Shown here: one piece after another, positions 1 through 9,103 of the stretch
How the letters are laid out: every line of letters begins with the position of its first letter
How positions within the stretch are numbered: position 1 is the stretch's first letter
Origin: Alistipes sp.
GTDB lineage: Bacteria; Bacteroidota; Bacteroidia; Bacteroidales; Rikenellaceae
NCBI GenBank assembly: GCA_022767745.1
Contig: JALENN010000008.1
Span: 33,538 to 97,537, forward strand
Direction: 5' to 3'
Length of the DNA: 64,000 bases
Notes under the pieces: model-generated
Told to the model about the DNA's origin: nothing
What the model saw: the letters and a program-made list of their open reading frames with translations, nothing else
Database searches by the model: none
Translations under genes and position numbers: made by a program

Positions 1-204
1 GCCGAGGCCAACCTCGGGGTGCTGGAGCGCTGCCGGGAGTTGTCGGGAAGGCTAACGGTGCGCCGTTACGATGGGTTGAACCATCTTTTCCAGCATTGTG
101 TTACGGGCCTTTCGGACGAGTATTACAATATCGGGGAGACATTCTCGGAGGAGGCGCTCTCCGACATGGCCGCATGGATTGCGGCGCGGCACTCGGCGCT
201 GTAG
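1..204 (+). CDS. alpha/beta hydrolase, C-terminal fragment (5' end outside window)
   Basis: Open frame from base 1; ends YDGLNHLFQHC...ETFSEEALSDMAAWI, typical catalytic-His region of Bacteroidota alpha/beta hydrolases. Confidence 0.7.
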   Translation, partial: AEANLGVLERCRELSGRLTVRRYDGLNHLFQHCVTGLSDEYYNIGETFSEEALSDMAAWIAARHSAL

Positions 205-311
205 GCGCATATATAATAAAGTGTGCGGGCAATAAACAGGGTGAGTAATACGTAATGTATGTCCCGGCAGGTTGTTGTGGCCGTATGTGCGGGAACAAGA
301 TTGAGAGTGAT

Positions 312-605
312 ATGGAGAAGAAGCGATTACCGAGAGCCTGCCCCGCGTGTGGCGGCTTGTTGCGCGTACGGTCGATGTATTGCCACGGTTGCGATACGCA
401 GATCGTGGGAGATTATATGTTGCCGCCACTGATGCGGCTTTCGGAGGAGGACCAGCGTTTCGTTGCCGACTTTGTCATGTGCAGCGGTTCGCTGAAGGAG
501 ATGGCGGCGCGCATGGGGCTGAGTTATCCATCGGTGCGTAACCGTCTCGACGACATAATCGAGGCGCTGCGGCGCGTTGTTCCGGCCGATGTGCAGGAGC
601 CGTAG
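312..605 (+). CDS. DUF2089 family protein (Zn-ribbon + HTH)
   Basis: CPACGG...CHGC ribbon followed by SGSLKEMAARMGLSYPSVRNRLDDII; ATG at 312 preferred over 255. Confidence 0.85.
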   Translation: MEKKRLPRACPACGGLLRVRSMYCHGCDTQIVGDYMLPPLMRLSEEDQRFVADFVMCSGSLKEMAARMGLSYPSVRNRLDDIIEALRRVVPADVQEP

Positions 606-654
606 CGCGGTCGGGGAAGTGAATAATCAATAATATAAGGTATATGAAACGTTT

Positions 655-1203
655 TTGAATCCTTTCGAATATCTCTCCCTGCGCAAGACCTTCTGCTGGG
701 GCGTGGCGGCGTTGATACTGACGTCGATATTCGTATGGCAGACGGGGCTGCGTCTCTCGTCGCTGACGCAGGTTAATTTCGCGGGCGACATGCTGTGGGC
801 CGCAACGGCGCGTCAGGTGGCGGCGTGGCTGATCTTTGCCGTGCTGCTCTATGTGGCAGGGGTGTCGCTGTCGGGCTCGAAGATCCGTTTCCGCGATGTC
901 GTGGCCGACAACCTCTTTGCGCGCATACCGTTCGATGTGTCGCTGCTGGTCTTCGCCGTGCCGCGCTGGCGCGGTGTGCTGGGCCTGCTGTCGGACGGAA
1001 GCGTTGACACGGCCATGCAGTATGTCGGGTCGGTCGTGGTGATCGGGGTGTTGATGCTGGCCTTCTTCGTGTGGTATATCTACTGGAGCTACAAGGCTTT
1101 TGCCGTGGCGGCCAACGTGCGCGGCGGCCGTGGCGTGGCGGCGTTTGCGGTATGTTTTGTTGCGGCCTATGCGGCCTCGATATACCTTCTGCCGCTGATA
1201 TGA
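655..1203 (+). CDS. multi-pass membrane protein (YIP1-like), partner of DUF2089 gene
   Basis: About 5 hydrophobic segments, NPFEY start motif; TTG start at 655, or ATG at 644 if one T is missing from the T5 run. Confidence 0.65.
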   Translation: MNPFEYLSLRKTFCWGVAALILTSIFVWQTGLRLSSLTQVNFAGDMLWAATARQVAAWLIFAVLLYVAGVSLSGSKIRFRDVVADNLFARIPFDVSLLVFAVPRWRGVLGLLSDGSVDTAMQYVGSVVVIGVLMLAFFVWYIYWSYKAFAVAANVRGGRGVAAFAVCFVAAYAASIYLLPLI

Positions 1204-1228
1204 TACGGTAGGGGTGACTGAAGGAAAC

Positions 1229-1260
1229 AAAAAAGCCATCGCTGTAAAGCGGTGGCTTTC
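1229..1260. terminator. bidirectional intrinsic terminator
   Basis: AAAGCCATCGCT-gtaa-AGCGGTGGCTTT between convergent membrane-protein gene and tRNA-Pro pair; T-run on minus strand. Confidence 0.8.
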
Positions 1261-1268
1261 GTCATCTG

Positions 1269-1343
1269 TCGGGATAACAGGATTCGAACCTGTGACCCCC
1301 AACTCCCGAAGCTGGTGCGCTAAGCGGACTGCGCTACATCCCG
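1269..1343 (-). tRNA. tRNA-Pro(CGG)
   Basis: Cloverleaf CGGGATG...TATCCCG A, anticodon loop TTCGGGA, T-loop TTCGAAT; CCA not encoded. Confidence 0.97.
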
Positions 1344-1417
1344 ATGACCTTGATATATGACAACCTTTGCAGGTCGTTTTGCAGAACCTCGAAGCGCTTG
1401 TTTTCGTAGGCCCTCTT

Positions 1418-1495
1418 TGGTCGGGATAACAGGATTCGAACCTGTGACCCCCTGCTCCCAAAGCAGGTGCGCTAACCGGACTGCGCCACATCCCG
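1418..1495 (-). tRNA. tRNA-Pro(TGG)
   Basis: Cloverleaf with anticodon loop TTTGGGA; 3' CCA encoded. Confidence 0.97.
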
Positions 1496-1766
1496 TCGTC
1501 CTGACGCTGCCGAAGCAGGCGGTCAGGGAAATCCTTACCGATTTCGTGGTGCAAAGATATAGCCGATTTTTGGTTTTAGCAAAAAAAGTGGATACTTTTT
1601 TGCAATGTAATGGCATGATAGGGTTCGGTTTGTGGATTTTTAAGGTGTGTGTGCCTTTGCCGCAGTCGGATTTCGGGGCGGCGGCCCGGCTTGAGGGGTG
1701 TCTGTAACAGATCGGGGCGCACCCCGCTGTGGAGGTGCGCCCCGGCAGGCGGGTTCGTCGGGCGGG

Positions 1767-2582
1767 TTATTCGGCCATCGAGGCGACCCATTTCTCGAAG
1801 CGTACGTTGGCGACGATGGGGCGGTGGTCCGATGCCTTGTCGACGTCGGGCGACTCCGTCGGCTCGATCACATGGTGGTTCGAAACCTCGGCGGGCGCAT
1901 GGGGCTGCGTTGCGGTGTATTGGCAGATGTAGTCAATCTCGGTCGAGGGCTTGTCGGCGGGGAATGTTGCCGAAGGCTGCTTGGCGAAGACGGCGAAGTG
2001 CTGTGCCAGCAGCTGCATGGCCTCCTCCTGCGGCTCGGCGTTGAAGTCGCCCGCGATGAAGGCGGGCTTGTCGAGCTTCGACAGTTCGTCGATTATGATG
2101 AGTACGTCGGTGACGCGGTCCTCGGCATTGAGCGATAGGTGCGTGCAGCAGTAGTAGCAGTCCTGGAACTCGACGATGAGTAGCGATCGCGGCTCCGAGC
2201 GGCACGGCAGGGGCACGCGGCGGTGCGACAGCGGCTTCTCGCGCGAGAGCATGCCGATGCCGTATTTTCCGCCCGCGAAGTCGATCGAGGGGGCGAAGGT
2301 GGGGTACATGCCCGTCAGCGTGGCGAGGTTGCCCAGCACGTCCTGACCCGGGTTGCGGGTGGTCATGCTGTCGAGCTCCTGCACGGCGACTATGTCTGGT
2401 GCGGCGTCGTTGATTATGCGTGCCACGCGCTCGAAGGATACCGAGTCGTCGAGGCCGCGGCAGTTGCGGACGTTGTAGCTCATAAGCCGCAGTTCGGCCT
2501 TCGAGCCGCTCTGGCACGAGGGCGTGACGAGGACGGCCGTTGCGGCCGCCAGCAGGATGATTGTACGCAGAAGATGTTTCAT
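1767..2582 (-). CDS. endonuclease/exonuclease/phosphatase family lipoprotein
   Basis: MSYNVR, VQELD, CTHLS, AGDFN, IDYI, SDHRP motifs; lipobox VTPS-C; start MKHLL at 2582. Confidence 0.9.
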   Translation of the reverse strand: MKHLLRTIILLAAATAVLVTPSCQSGSKAELRLMSYNVRNCRGLDDSVSFERVARIINDAAPDIVAVQELDSMTTRNPGQDVLGNLATLTGMYPTFAPSIDFAGGKYGIGMLSREKPLSHRRVPLPCRSEPRSLLIVEFQDCYYCCTHLSLNAEDRVTDVLIIIDELSKLDKPAFIAGDFNAEPQEEAMQLLAQHFAVFAKQPSATFPADKPSTEIDYICQYTATQPHAPAEVSNHHVIEPTESPDVDKASDHRPIVANVRFEKWVASMAE

Positions 2583-2695
2583 GGCACAGGTTTGGATGAA
2601 TTGGATGTTGTCGTAATTTGTGGATGTAAATATAGCTATTTTTCGGCATGATGCCATTGCCGGGAGTGCGCTCGGCCAAGAAAAATGTGTGAAAA

Positions 2696-2747
2696 TTTGG
2701 TAAGGTGAAATTTATTTTTATATCTTTGTGATATCAAAATAATATCA
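2696..2747 (+). promoter_or_regulatory. Bacteroidota sigma-A promoter with adjacent inverted-repeat operator
   Basis: TTTG 2696-2699, TATCTTTG 2721-2728 (21-nt spacing), then TGATAT-N7-ATATCA 2729-2747. Confidence 0.65.
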
Positions 2748-2764
2748 ACTAAATCTAACTAGCT

Positions 2765-3712
2765 ATGGAGAACAAGAATTACGAATACAACGGATGGAGT
2801 GCCAACGGTTTCGTGGCGTTGGCGCTTGTATTGCTCGGCATGGCGGCGTCGGTGGCGCTGATCATATACGGGGCCAATCAGGAGGCGCCCGCGGCCGGAT
2901 GGATCGTGACGGCGGGAGTGTTGCTGCTGCTCTTCTTCTTTATTGCCTGCAAGGGATTCATGCTGCTGGAGCCCAACGAGGCGCGCGTGTTGACCTTCTT
3001 CGGCGAGTATCGCGGTTCGTTCTACAAGACGGGTTTCTGGTGGATCAATTTCTTCATGACGAAGAAGGAATTGTCGCTGCGCGCCCGCAACCTCAATGCC
3101 GAGCCTATCAAGGTGAACGACAAGACGGGTAATCCGATAATGATCGGCCTGGTATTGGTATGGCGCCTGAAGGCCGACGAGATCTACCGCGCCGTGTTCG
3201 ACATCGACGTGGCGGCCAACGCCCAGGGACAGGTGTCGCAGGGTGCCCGCATGCGTATGCTGGAGAACTTCGTGGCCGTGCAGAGCGACGCCGCGCTGCG
3301 TCAGGTGGCGGGACTCTATGCCTACGACGACAACGGCGCCGACTCGGGCGAGGTTACGCTGCGCAGCAACAGCGACGAGATAAACGTGGTGCTGGAGCAG
3401 CGTCTGGGCGAGCGTCTGGCCATAGCGGGCATCGAGGTTGTGGAGGCGAGGATCAACTACCTGGCCTATGCCCCCGAGATTGCGGCCGTGATGCTGCGCC
3501 GCCAGCAGGCCGATGCCATCATATCGGCGCGCGAAAAGATTGTCGAGGGAGCCGTGTCGATGGTGAAGATGGCTCTGGACCGCCTCTCGGAGGATGAGGT
3601 GGTGGAGCTCGACGAGGAGCGCAAGGCGGCCATGGTGACCAACCTGCTGGTAGTGTTGTGCGGCGACGAGTCGGCACAGCCCGTCGTGAACGCAGGTACG
3701 CTGCATCATTAA
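2765..3712 (+). CDS. SPFH (band 7/stomatin-like) domain membrane protein
   Basis: Two N-terminal TM helices, [40 protein letters not shown]. Confidence 0.92.
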   Translation: MENKNYEYNGWSANGFVALALVLLGMAASVALIIYGANQEAPAAGWIVTAGVLLLLFFFIACKGFMLLEPNEARVLTFFGEYRGSFYKTGFWWINFFMTKKELSLRARNLNAEPIKVNDKTGNPIMIGLVLVWRLKADEIYRAVFDIDVAANAQGQVSQGARMRMLENFVAVQSDAALRQVAGLYAYDDNGADSGEVTLRSNSDEINVVLEQRLGERLAIAGIEVVEARINYLAYAPEIAAVMLRRQQADAIISAREKIVEGAVSMVKMALDRLSEDEVVELDEERKAAMVTNLLVVLCGDESAQPVVNAGTLHH

Positions 3713-3742
3713 TGAATTGGGTGAGTAGGAAAACCGTCTGCA

Positions 3743-3985
3743 ATGGCCAAGGGTGGAGGAAATAAGAGTTTCGTGTTGAGGGTCGATGCCGCCACGATGG
3801 AGGCGCTCGAGCAGTGGGCCGACGATGAGTTCCGCAGCATAAACGGACAGCTGCAGTGGATCATCGCCGATGCCCTGCGCCGCAGCGGCCGCCTGAAAAG
3901 GCCGGCGGCAGCGGCTGCAACGGCCGGGGCTGACGCGGATAAGGATACGCCATCGGTCGTGGACGAAACTGCGGCGAAAGAGTAA
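3743..3985 (+). CDS. Arc-like ribbon-helix-helix DNA-binding protein
   Basis: KSFVLRVD...WADDEFRSINGQLQWII..AL pattern, directly after SPFH gene. Confidence 0.85.
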   Translation: MAKGGGNKSFVLRVDAATMEALEQWADDEFRSINGQLQWIIADALRRSGRLKRPAAAAATAGADADKDTPSVVDETAAKE

Positions 3986-3998
3986 AAGCATTTTGCAT

Positions 3999-4406
3999 AT
4001 GGAGGAATGGAAGAAGTGGCTCGGCCGCTGGTGGCTTACGATGTGTCTTATCGCCTTTGCGGTGAACCGTTTTATAAGGTGGTCGGATTCTGCGCTGGCG
4101 CAGAGTGCAGCCATGAAGACTCTGGACAATACGTTGATGGTGATAATGTTGCCGCTGACCGTGGCGCTGATTGTAGTGCGTAATGTGGAGGTCTATCGTC
4201 ATAGCGAGCGTCTGTGGTGGCGTCGCTGCCGCAGGTGGTGCTGGCAGTTGGGGGGGTGCATGCTGATAATCCCTACGGCCATGTTTGCATACAAGGACAA
4301 ATGGGACGATCTGCCTTTGACGTTGTCCATTGCTGCCGTATCTCTTGCCATTGCTGCCGTTGCGCATCTGCGCCTGCGGTATTGGAAAGGCTCAAATGTG
4401 CAGTGA
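3999..4406 (+). CDS. hypothetical membrane protein
   Basis: About 4 hydrophobic segments; lies between the Arc gene and the operon terminator. Confidence 0.55.
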   Translation: MEEWKKWLGRWWLTMCLIAFAVNRFIRWSDSALAQSAAMKTLDNTLMVIMLPLTVALIVVRNVEVYRHSERLWWRRCRRWCWQLGGCMLIIPTAMFAYKDKWDDLPLTLSIAAVSLAIAAVAHLRLRYWKGSNVQ

Positions 4407-4441
4407 CAGGAGCTGCCGTCCGAAATGTTGTGTTACGAATG

Positions 4442-4476
4442 TCTCCGGTTGCAGGTTGCGACCGGAGATTTTTTTT
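4442..4476 (+). terminator. intrinsic terminator of SPFH-Arc operon
   Basis: TCTCCGGTTGC-aggtt-GCGACCGGAGA followed by T8. Confidence 0.8.
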
Positions 4477-4545
4477 GTGCCGCGGCGGTTGCTATCGGCG
4501 GGCGTTTTGCGTATTTTTGTAGGTAGTATGAAAACATTGCCTGAT

Positions 4546-5244
4546 ATGAAGAAGATCGTGGTATTTACTGGTGCGGGGGTGAGTGCCGACAGCGGCCTGG
4601 CTACCTTCCGCGATGCCGACGGGTTGTGGGCGAACTATCGCATAGAGGATGTATGTACGCCCGAGGCTCTGGCGCGAAACCGCGCCCTTGTGATAGAGTT
4701 CTACAACAAGCGCCGCCGTGAACTGGAGCGTGTCGAGCCCAATGCGGCGCACCGTGCCATAGCCGAGCTGGAGCGGTGTTACGATGTGGATGTGGTGACG
4801 CAGAATGTCGACGACCTGCACGAGCGTGCCGGTTCGAGCCGCGTGACGCACCTGCATGGCGAGTTGCGCAAACTGCGCAGTGAGCGCAATCCCGACGTGA
4901 TTGTCCCAATAGAGGGCTGGGAACAGCATCTCGACGACCGTGGCCCTGACGGGGCGCTGCTGCGTCCGCATATAGTCTTCTTCGGCGAGTCGGTGCCGAT
5001 GTTCGACAAGGCGGCGCGTATTGCCGCTACGGCCGACCTGCTGATCGTTGTAGGCACGTCGCTGGCCGTCTATCCCGCCGCGTCGCTGGTGCACTATGTG
5101 CGTCGCGACGTGCCCATATGGCTGGTCGATCCCGGATCGCCCGATACTGGCCTTATACGCAACCCGCTGACGCATATCAGGAAGCGTGCGGCCGAGGGTA
5201 TGCCCGAACTGGTGCGCCAATTGGAGGCGGAGGCCGCGTTATGA
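4546..5244 (+). CDS. cobB: NAD-dependent protein deacylase (sirtuin, class III-like)
   Basis: GAGVSADSGLATFR, TQNVDDLHERAG, HLHGE, RPHIVFFGE, VGTSLAVYPAA. Confidence 0.93.
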   Translation: MKKIVVFTGAGVSADSGLATFRDADGLWANYRIEDVCTPEALARNRALVIEFYNKRRRELERVEPNAAHRAIAELERCYDVDVVTQNVDDLHERAGSSRVTHLHGELRKLRSERNPDVIVPIEGWEQHLDDRGPDGALLRPHIVFFGESVPMFDKAARIAATADLLIVVGTSLAVYPAASLVHYVRRDVPIWLVDPGSPDTGLIRNPLTHIRKRAAEGMPELVRQLEAEAAL

Positions 5245-5759
5245 TCGGCTCGTCGTTTGCGGGCCATGCGGCTGAGCTGCTGGAATTCTGCCGCGAGAGG
5301 GGGTATAACGACCGTGTGGCGCTGCTGTGGGATCTCTCGCGCCACTCGGGGCGGCGGAGGTTTGCCGTGTGGAATTTCCGCGAGGGGCGGGCGGAGCATC
5401 TCTTTGTGGCAAGTCACGGGAGCGGGAGCGCGGAGTCGCATGTGCGCAGCGCCCGTGCGCGGGTGTCGGACGCGGACGGTTCGCACCTGAGCTCCGAGGG
5501 CCGTGCCCTTGTGGCGGAACGTTACGAGGGGCGTTACGGGGTGGCATACCGTCTCGACGGCCTCGATGCGACGAATGCCTCGCTGCGGCGGCGCTGTGTC
5601 GTGCTGCATGGGTGGCGGTATACGACCCCGTTCCCGATATGGCCCGTGGCGACGGTGGGCAGCTGGGGATGTCCCGTGCTGTCGGTGCGCGACATGGCGA
5701 CGCTGGATGCCATACTGCAACGCGAGCGGCAGGTGGTGCTGTGGGCCTACAGACATTAA
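5241..5759 (+). CDS. murein L,D-transpeptidase catalytic-domain family protein (YkuD-like)
   Basis: SHGSG, YRLDGLDATN, VVLHGW (His), GSWGCPVLS (Cys); ATG overlaps cobB stop. Confidence 0.8.
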   Translation: MIGSSFAGHAAELLEFCRERGYNDRVALLWDLSRHSGRRRFAVWNFREGRAEHLFVASHGSGSAESHVRSARARVSDADGSHLSSEGRALVAERYEGRYGVAYRLDGLDATNASLRRRCVVLHGWRYTTPFPIWPVATVGSWGCPVLSVRDMATLDAILQRERQVVLWAYRH

Positions 5760-5873
5760 TTTCGGCCGATGGTTGTGTCGGAACGCATAATTTTCATATC
5801 TTTATCTTCTGAACAACAACTAACCTGCCGACGGGCGGGCCGCGGCCTGTCCCGAAGCTGAAAACCGACCCTT

Positions 5874-6972
5874 ATGACCGCTCAAACCCAATCCGAAAAG
5901 GGGCGTCTGGCCTCGCTCGACATCCTGCGCGGATTCGACCTCTTCCTTCTGGTATTCTTCCAACCCGTATTCATGTCGCTGGCGCGCACGCTCGATGTGC
6001 CGTGGCTCGGGGGCGTAATGCGTCAGTTCGAGCATGTGGCGTGGGAGGGTTTCCGCGTGTGGGACATCATCATGCCGCTGTTCATGTTCATGGCGGGGGC
6101 GTCGATGCCCTTCTCGATGGCGAAGTACGGCGGCGACAAACGAGCGGCATATCTGCGCATCGCACGTCGCGTGGTGCTGCTCTTCATCCTGGGCATGGTG
6201 GTGCAGGGCAACCTGCTGGGGCTCGATCCGCACCGCATATATCTCTACTCAAACACGCTGCAGGCCATAGCGGCGGGTTATCTCATCGCTTCGGTGGCGA
6301 TGCTCCACCTGTCGTTGCGCGGGCAGATAGCCGTGGCGGTGCTGCTGTTGGCGGCATACTGGGCGCCGATGACATTCCTCGGCGACTTCACCCCCGACGG
6401 CAACTTTGCCGAGGCGGTCGACCGCGCCGTGCTGGGCCGCTTCCGCGACGGCGTATATTGGGACGAGACGGGGTGGCATTTTGCCGACTACTACCACTAT
6501 ACGTGGATCCTCAGCAGCCTCACGTTCGGCGTTACCGTGCTGCTGGGCAGCTTCGCCGGGCGCATCGCACGCGAGGGCCGTAAAACGGCTGTTGGGCGTG
6601 GGCGTTGCGCTGGTGGCGGCGGGTCTGTTGTGGAGCCTGCAGATGCCCATCATCAAGACTATCTGGAGCTGCAGCATGACGCTCTTTGCGGGCGGCATAT
6701 GCTTCATCCTGCTCGGTATATTCTACTACTGGATCGACTACAGAGGGCACACCCGCGGGCTGGGGTGGCTGAAGGTATACGGCATGAACTCCATCACGGC
6801 CTACGTGTTGGCGCAGGTGGTCAATTTCCGCTGCATAGCCTCGTCGCTGACCTACGGGCTGGAGCAGTATATGGGCGACTACTACGGCGTATGGCTCAAC
6901 TTTGCCAACTATCTGATCATATTCCTGATACTTGTCGTTATGTATCGCCGCCGCATATTCCTGCGCCTGTAA
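5874..6972 (+). pseudogene. DUF5009/HGSNAT-like membrane acyltransferase, frameshifted near 6576-6590
   Basis: RLASLDILRGFD N-terminus in one frame; PIIKTIWSCS and GMNSITAY C-terminus in another; joined length about 365 codons matches intact paralog at 42046. Confidence 0.8.
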
Positions 6973-6998
6973 TGTCGCGATACAATGCCGTAACCAGC

Positions 6999-7039
6999 AA
7001 AAAAATCCGCATCGGACACTCCGATGCGGATTTTTGTTT
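6999..7039. terminator. bidirectional intrinsic terminator
   Basis: AAAAATCCGCATCGGA-cac-TCCGATGCGGATTTTT between convergent genes. Confidence 0.85.
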
Positions 7040-7062
7040 GCGATGTCTTCCTCGCAGTGGGA

Positions 7063-8190
7063 TCAGTTGCCGCGGCGCTTGTCGTCGAAGTATATGTCGA
7101 GCAGCTCCTTGGCCGCGATGAATGAGCTGAGCTTGGCGTCGAGGACGCGCTGCTCGACCTGAGCCAGGTGTTCGGCAACGGCGGGGTCGCGGTAGAAGCT
7201 GTCCTTGAGGGCGTCGTTGATGCTCTCGTACATCCAGTATTTGTTCTGGCGGTTGCGGTTCGACTGGAAGTAGCCGTTGCCCTGCGTGTGGTCGAGGAAC
7301 TCCTCTACGCCCTTCCATACCTCCTCGAGGCCCGTCTGCGCGACGGCCGAGCAGGTGAAGACCTTGGGGCGCCATCCCGATTCGGGCATGGGGAAGAGGT
7401 GCAGCGCACTCTGGAACTGTGCCCGTGCCAGTTCCGCCTTGTGCAGGTTCTCGCCGTCGGCCTTGGTGATGACCATCATGTCGGCCATCTCCATGATGCC
7501 GCGCTTGATGCCCTGCAGCTCGTCGCCGGCGCCCGATATCTGCAGCAGCATGAACATGTCGACCATTGAGTGTACGGCCGTCTCGGACTGTCCCACGCCT
7601 ACCGTCTCGATGAAGATGACGTCGAAGCCGGCGGCCTCGCACAGCACGATCGTCTCGCGTGTCTTGCGGGCCACGCCGCCGAGCGATCCGGCTGACGGCG
7701 AGGGGCGTATGAAGATGTCGGGATTCGACGAGATACTCTCCATACGGGTCTTGTCGCCGAGGATCGAGCCGCCGCTGCGCTCCGAGCTGGGGTCGATGGC
7801 CAGCACCGCCAGGCGGTGGTGCAGCGATACGACCATGTTGCCCACGGCCTCGATGAAGGTCGACTTGCCGGCGCCCGGGACGCCCGTGATGCCGATGCGC
7901 ACCGAGTTGCCCGAGTAGGGTAGGCACTTCTCGATTATCTGCTGTGCCTGGTCGTAGTGCTCGGGCTTGTTGCTCTCGATGAGGGTGATGGCCTGCGAGA
8001 GTATGGTTATGTCGCCGCGCAGGATGCCCTCGACATACTCGTCGGTGGTGTATGTGCGGCGGCGCTTGCGCACGAAGTGGGGGTTTACGATGGGTTGGTC
8101 GGCAACCCCTTCGCTGACGTTGAGGGCCGTCCCGTGGTGGGTGTCGGCATACTCTTTCTCGTAGTGCTCTATCTTTGAATAGGATGTCAT
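7063..8190 (-). CDS. meaB: methylmalonyl-CoA mutase-associated GTPase
   Basis: GITGVPGAGKST, AIDPSS..SGGSILGDKTRM, IETVGVGQSE, GDELQGIKRGIME. Confidence 0.95.
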   Translation of the reverse strand: MTSYSKIEHYEKEYADTHHGTALNVSEGVADQPIVNPHFVRKRRRTYTTDEYVEGILRGDITILSQAITLIESNKPEHYDQAQQIIEKCLPYSGNSVRIGITGVPGAGKSTFIEAVGNMVVSLHHRLAVLAIDPSSERSGGSILGDKTRMESISSNPDIFIRPSPSAGSLGGVARKTRETIVLCEAAGFDVIFIETVGVGQSETAVHSMVDMFMLLQISGAGDELQGIKRGIMEMADMMVITKADGENLHKAELARAQFQSALHLFPMPESGWRPKVFTCSAVAQTGLEEVWKGVEEFLDHTQGNGYFQSNRNRQNKYWMYESINDALKDSFYRDPAVAEHLAQVEQRVLDAKLSSFIAAKELLDIYFDDKRRGN

Positions 8191-8212
8191 GGCTGTTCCG
8201 TTTTATTTGTGG

Positions 8213-8734
8213 TTATCTGTTCTTGTCGTTTCGTTTCTTGTCCTTGTCCTTGAGACGGAATTTCACCTTCGAGGCGTCGAAGAGCCGCTGCAGCTGTTTC
8301 TCGTCCATCGAGGCTGCGTTGCCGCACCATACGGCGCGGTGCTTGCGGTCGCAGATGACGCAGAAGGGTATGTAGGTGACCTGGAAATAGCGGAAGGTGC
8401 GGCAGTCTTCGTCGAAGGCCACGCCTATGTGGTCGTCGAGGTGCTCGGTGAGGGTGACACCTGCGGCGTCGTAGTCCTCCTTGGTGATGATCACGGCGTT
8501 CATGCCCCCGTCGAAGTGGTCCACGATGCGTTTGATCCTGGGCAGCGCCTCGCGGCATAGCGGGCTTTCGGAGTGGTAGAATACGATGCACGTGTATTCG
8601 GCCGGATCGGGACGGAAGTCCATCAGCCACTGGCGTATGTGCACCTTCGGCACGGGCTCGCCGATGACGATGTTCTCGGCCCGCAGCGTCGTGGCGGCTA
8701 TCAGCGCGAGGAATATGACGAGTGTATGTTTCAT
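8213..8734 (-). CDS. TlpA/redoxin-like thioredoxin-fold exported protein
   Basis: Signal peptide, IGEPVP, YIPFCVICDRKHRAVWCG; CxxC site reads SPLC. Confidence 0.65.
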   Translation of the reverse strand: MKHTLVIFLALIAATTLRAENIVIGEPVPKVHIRQWLMDFRPDPAEYTCIVFYHSESPLCREALPRIKRIVDHFDGGMNAVIITKEDYDAAGVTLTEHLDDHIGVAFDEDCRTFRYFQVTYIPFCVICDRKHRAVWCGNAASMDEKQLQRLFDASKVKFRLKDKDKKRNDKNR

Positions 8735-9021
8735 CGTGCGTAAAACGTATCGTTTGTTGGAGCGAATTTAGCAACTTTCGCTCAAAGATACAAACCTTCG
8801 GCGACAATCCGCCGCAAGGCGCGTCGGAGCCCCGCCGCGGCCGCTGCGCCGAGGGGTGGCAGGGACGGGCGGCACCCGTCCGGCGTGTATCCGTGCGGGG
8901 GTGGCGCCGCGTGCCGCAGAGGCCCGCCGCGGAGGTGGAAAAAAGGAGCCTCGAGGCATCAAAATGTATCCGAATCGGGCTAAAAGCGATTAAAAATATT
9001 TCATTATTCAGATATTACTTA

Positions 9022-9029
9022 TATCTTTG
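9022..9029 (+). promoter_or_regulatory. -7 promoter element for mce-mmd operon
   Basis: TATCTTTG about 75 nt upstream of mce, followed by an A-rich leader. Confidence 0.6.
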
Positions 9030-9103
9030 TACTGTTTTGTGCAAAAGGGAACGAACCGAAAAAACATAACGATAAAAACCAATAATCACTAAACTTTGCA
9101 ATT

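Noticed and set aside
1269-1495. Near-identical 75-nt direct repeats as an att-site duplication or CRISPR-like array
   Set aside because: Both are complete tRNA-Pro isoacceptors with different anticodons
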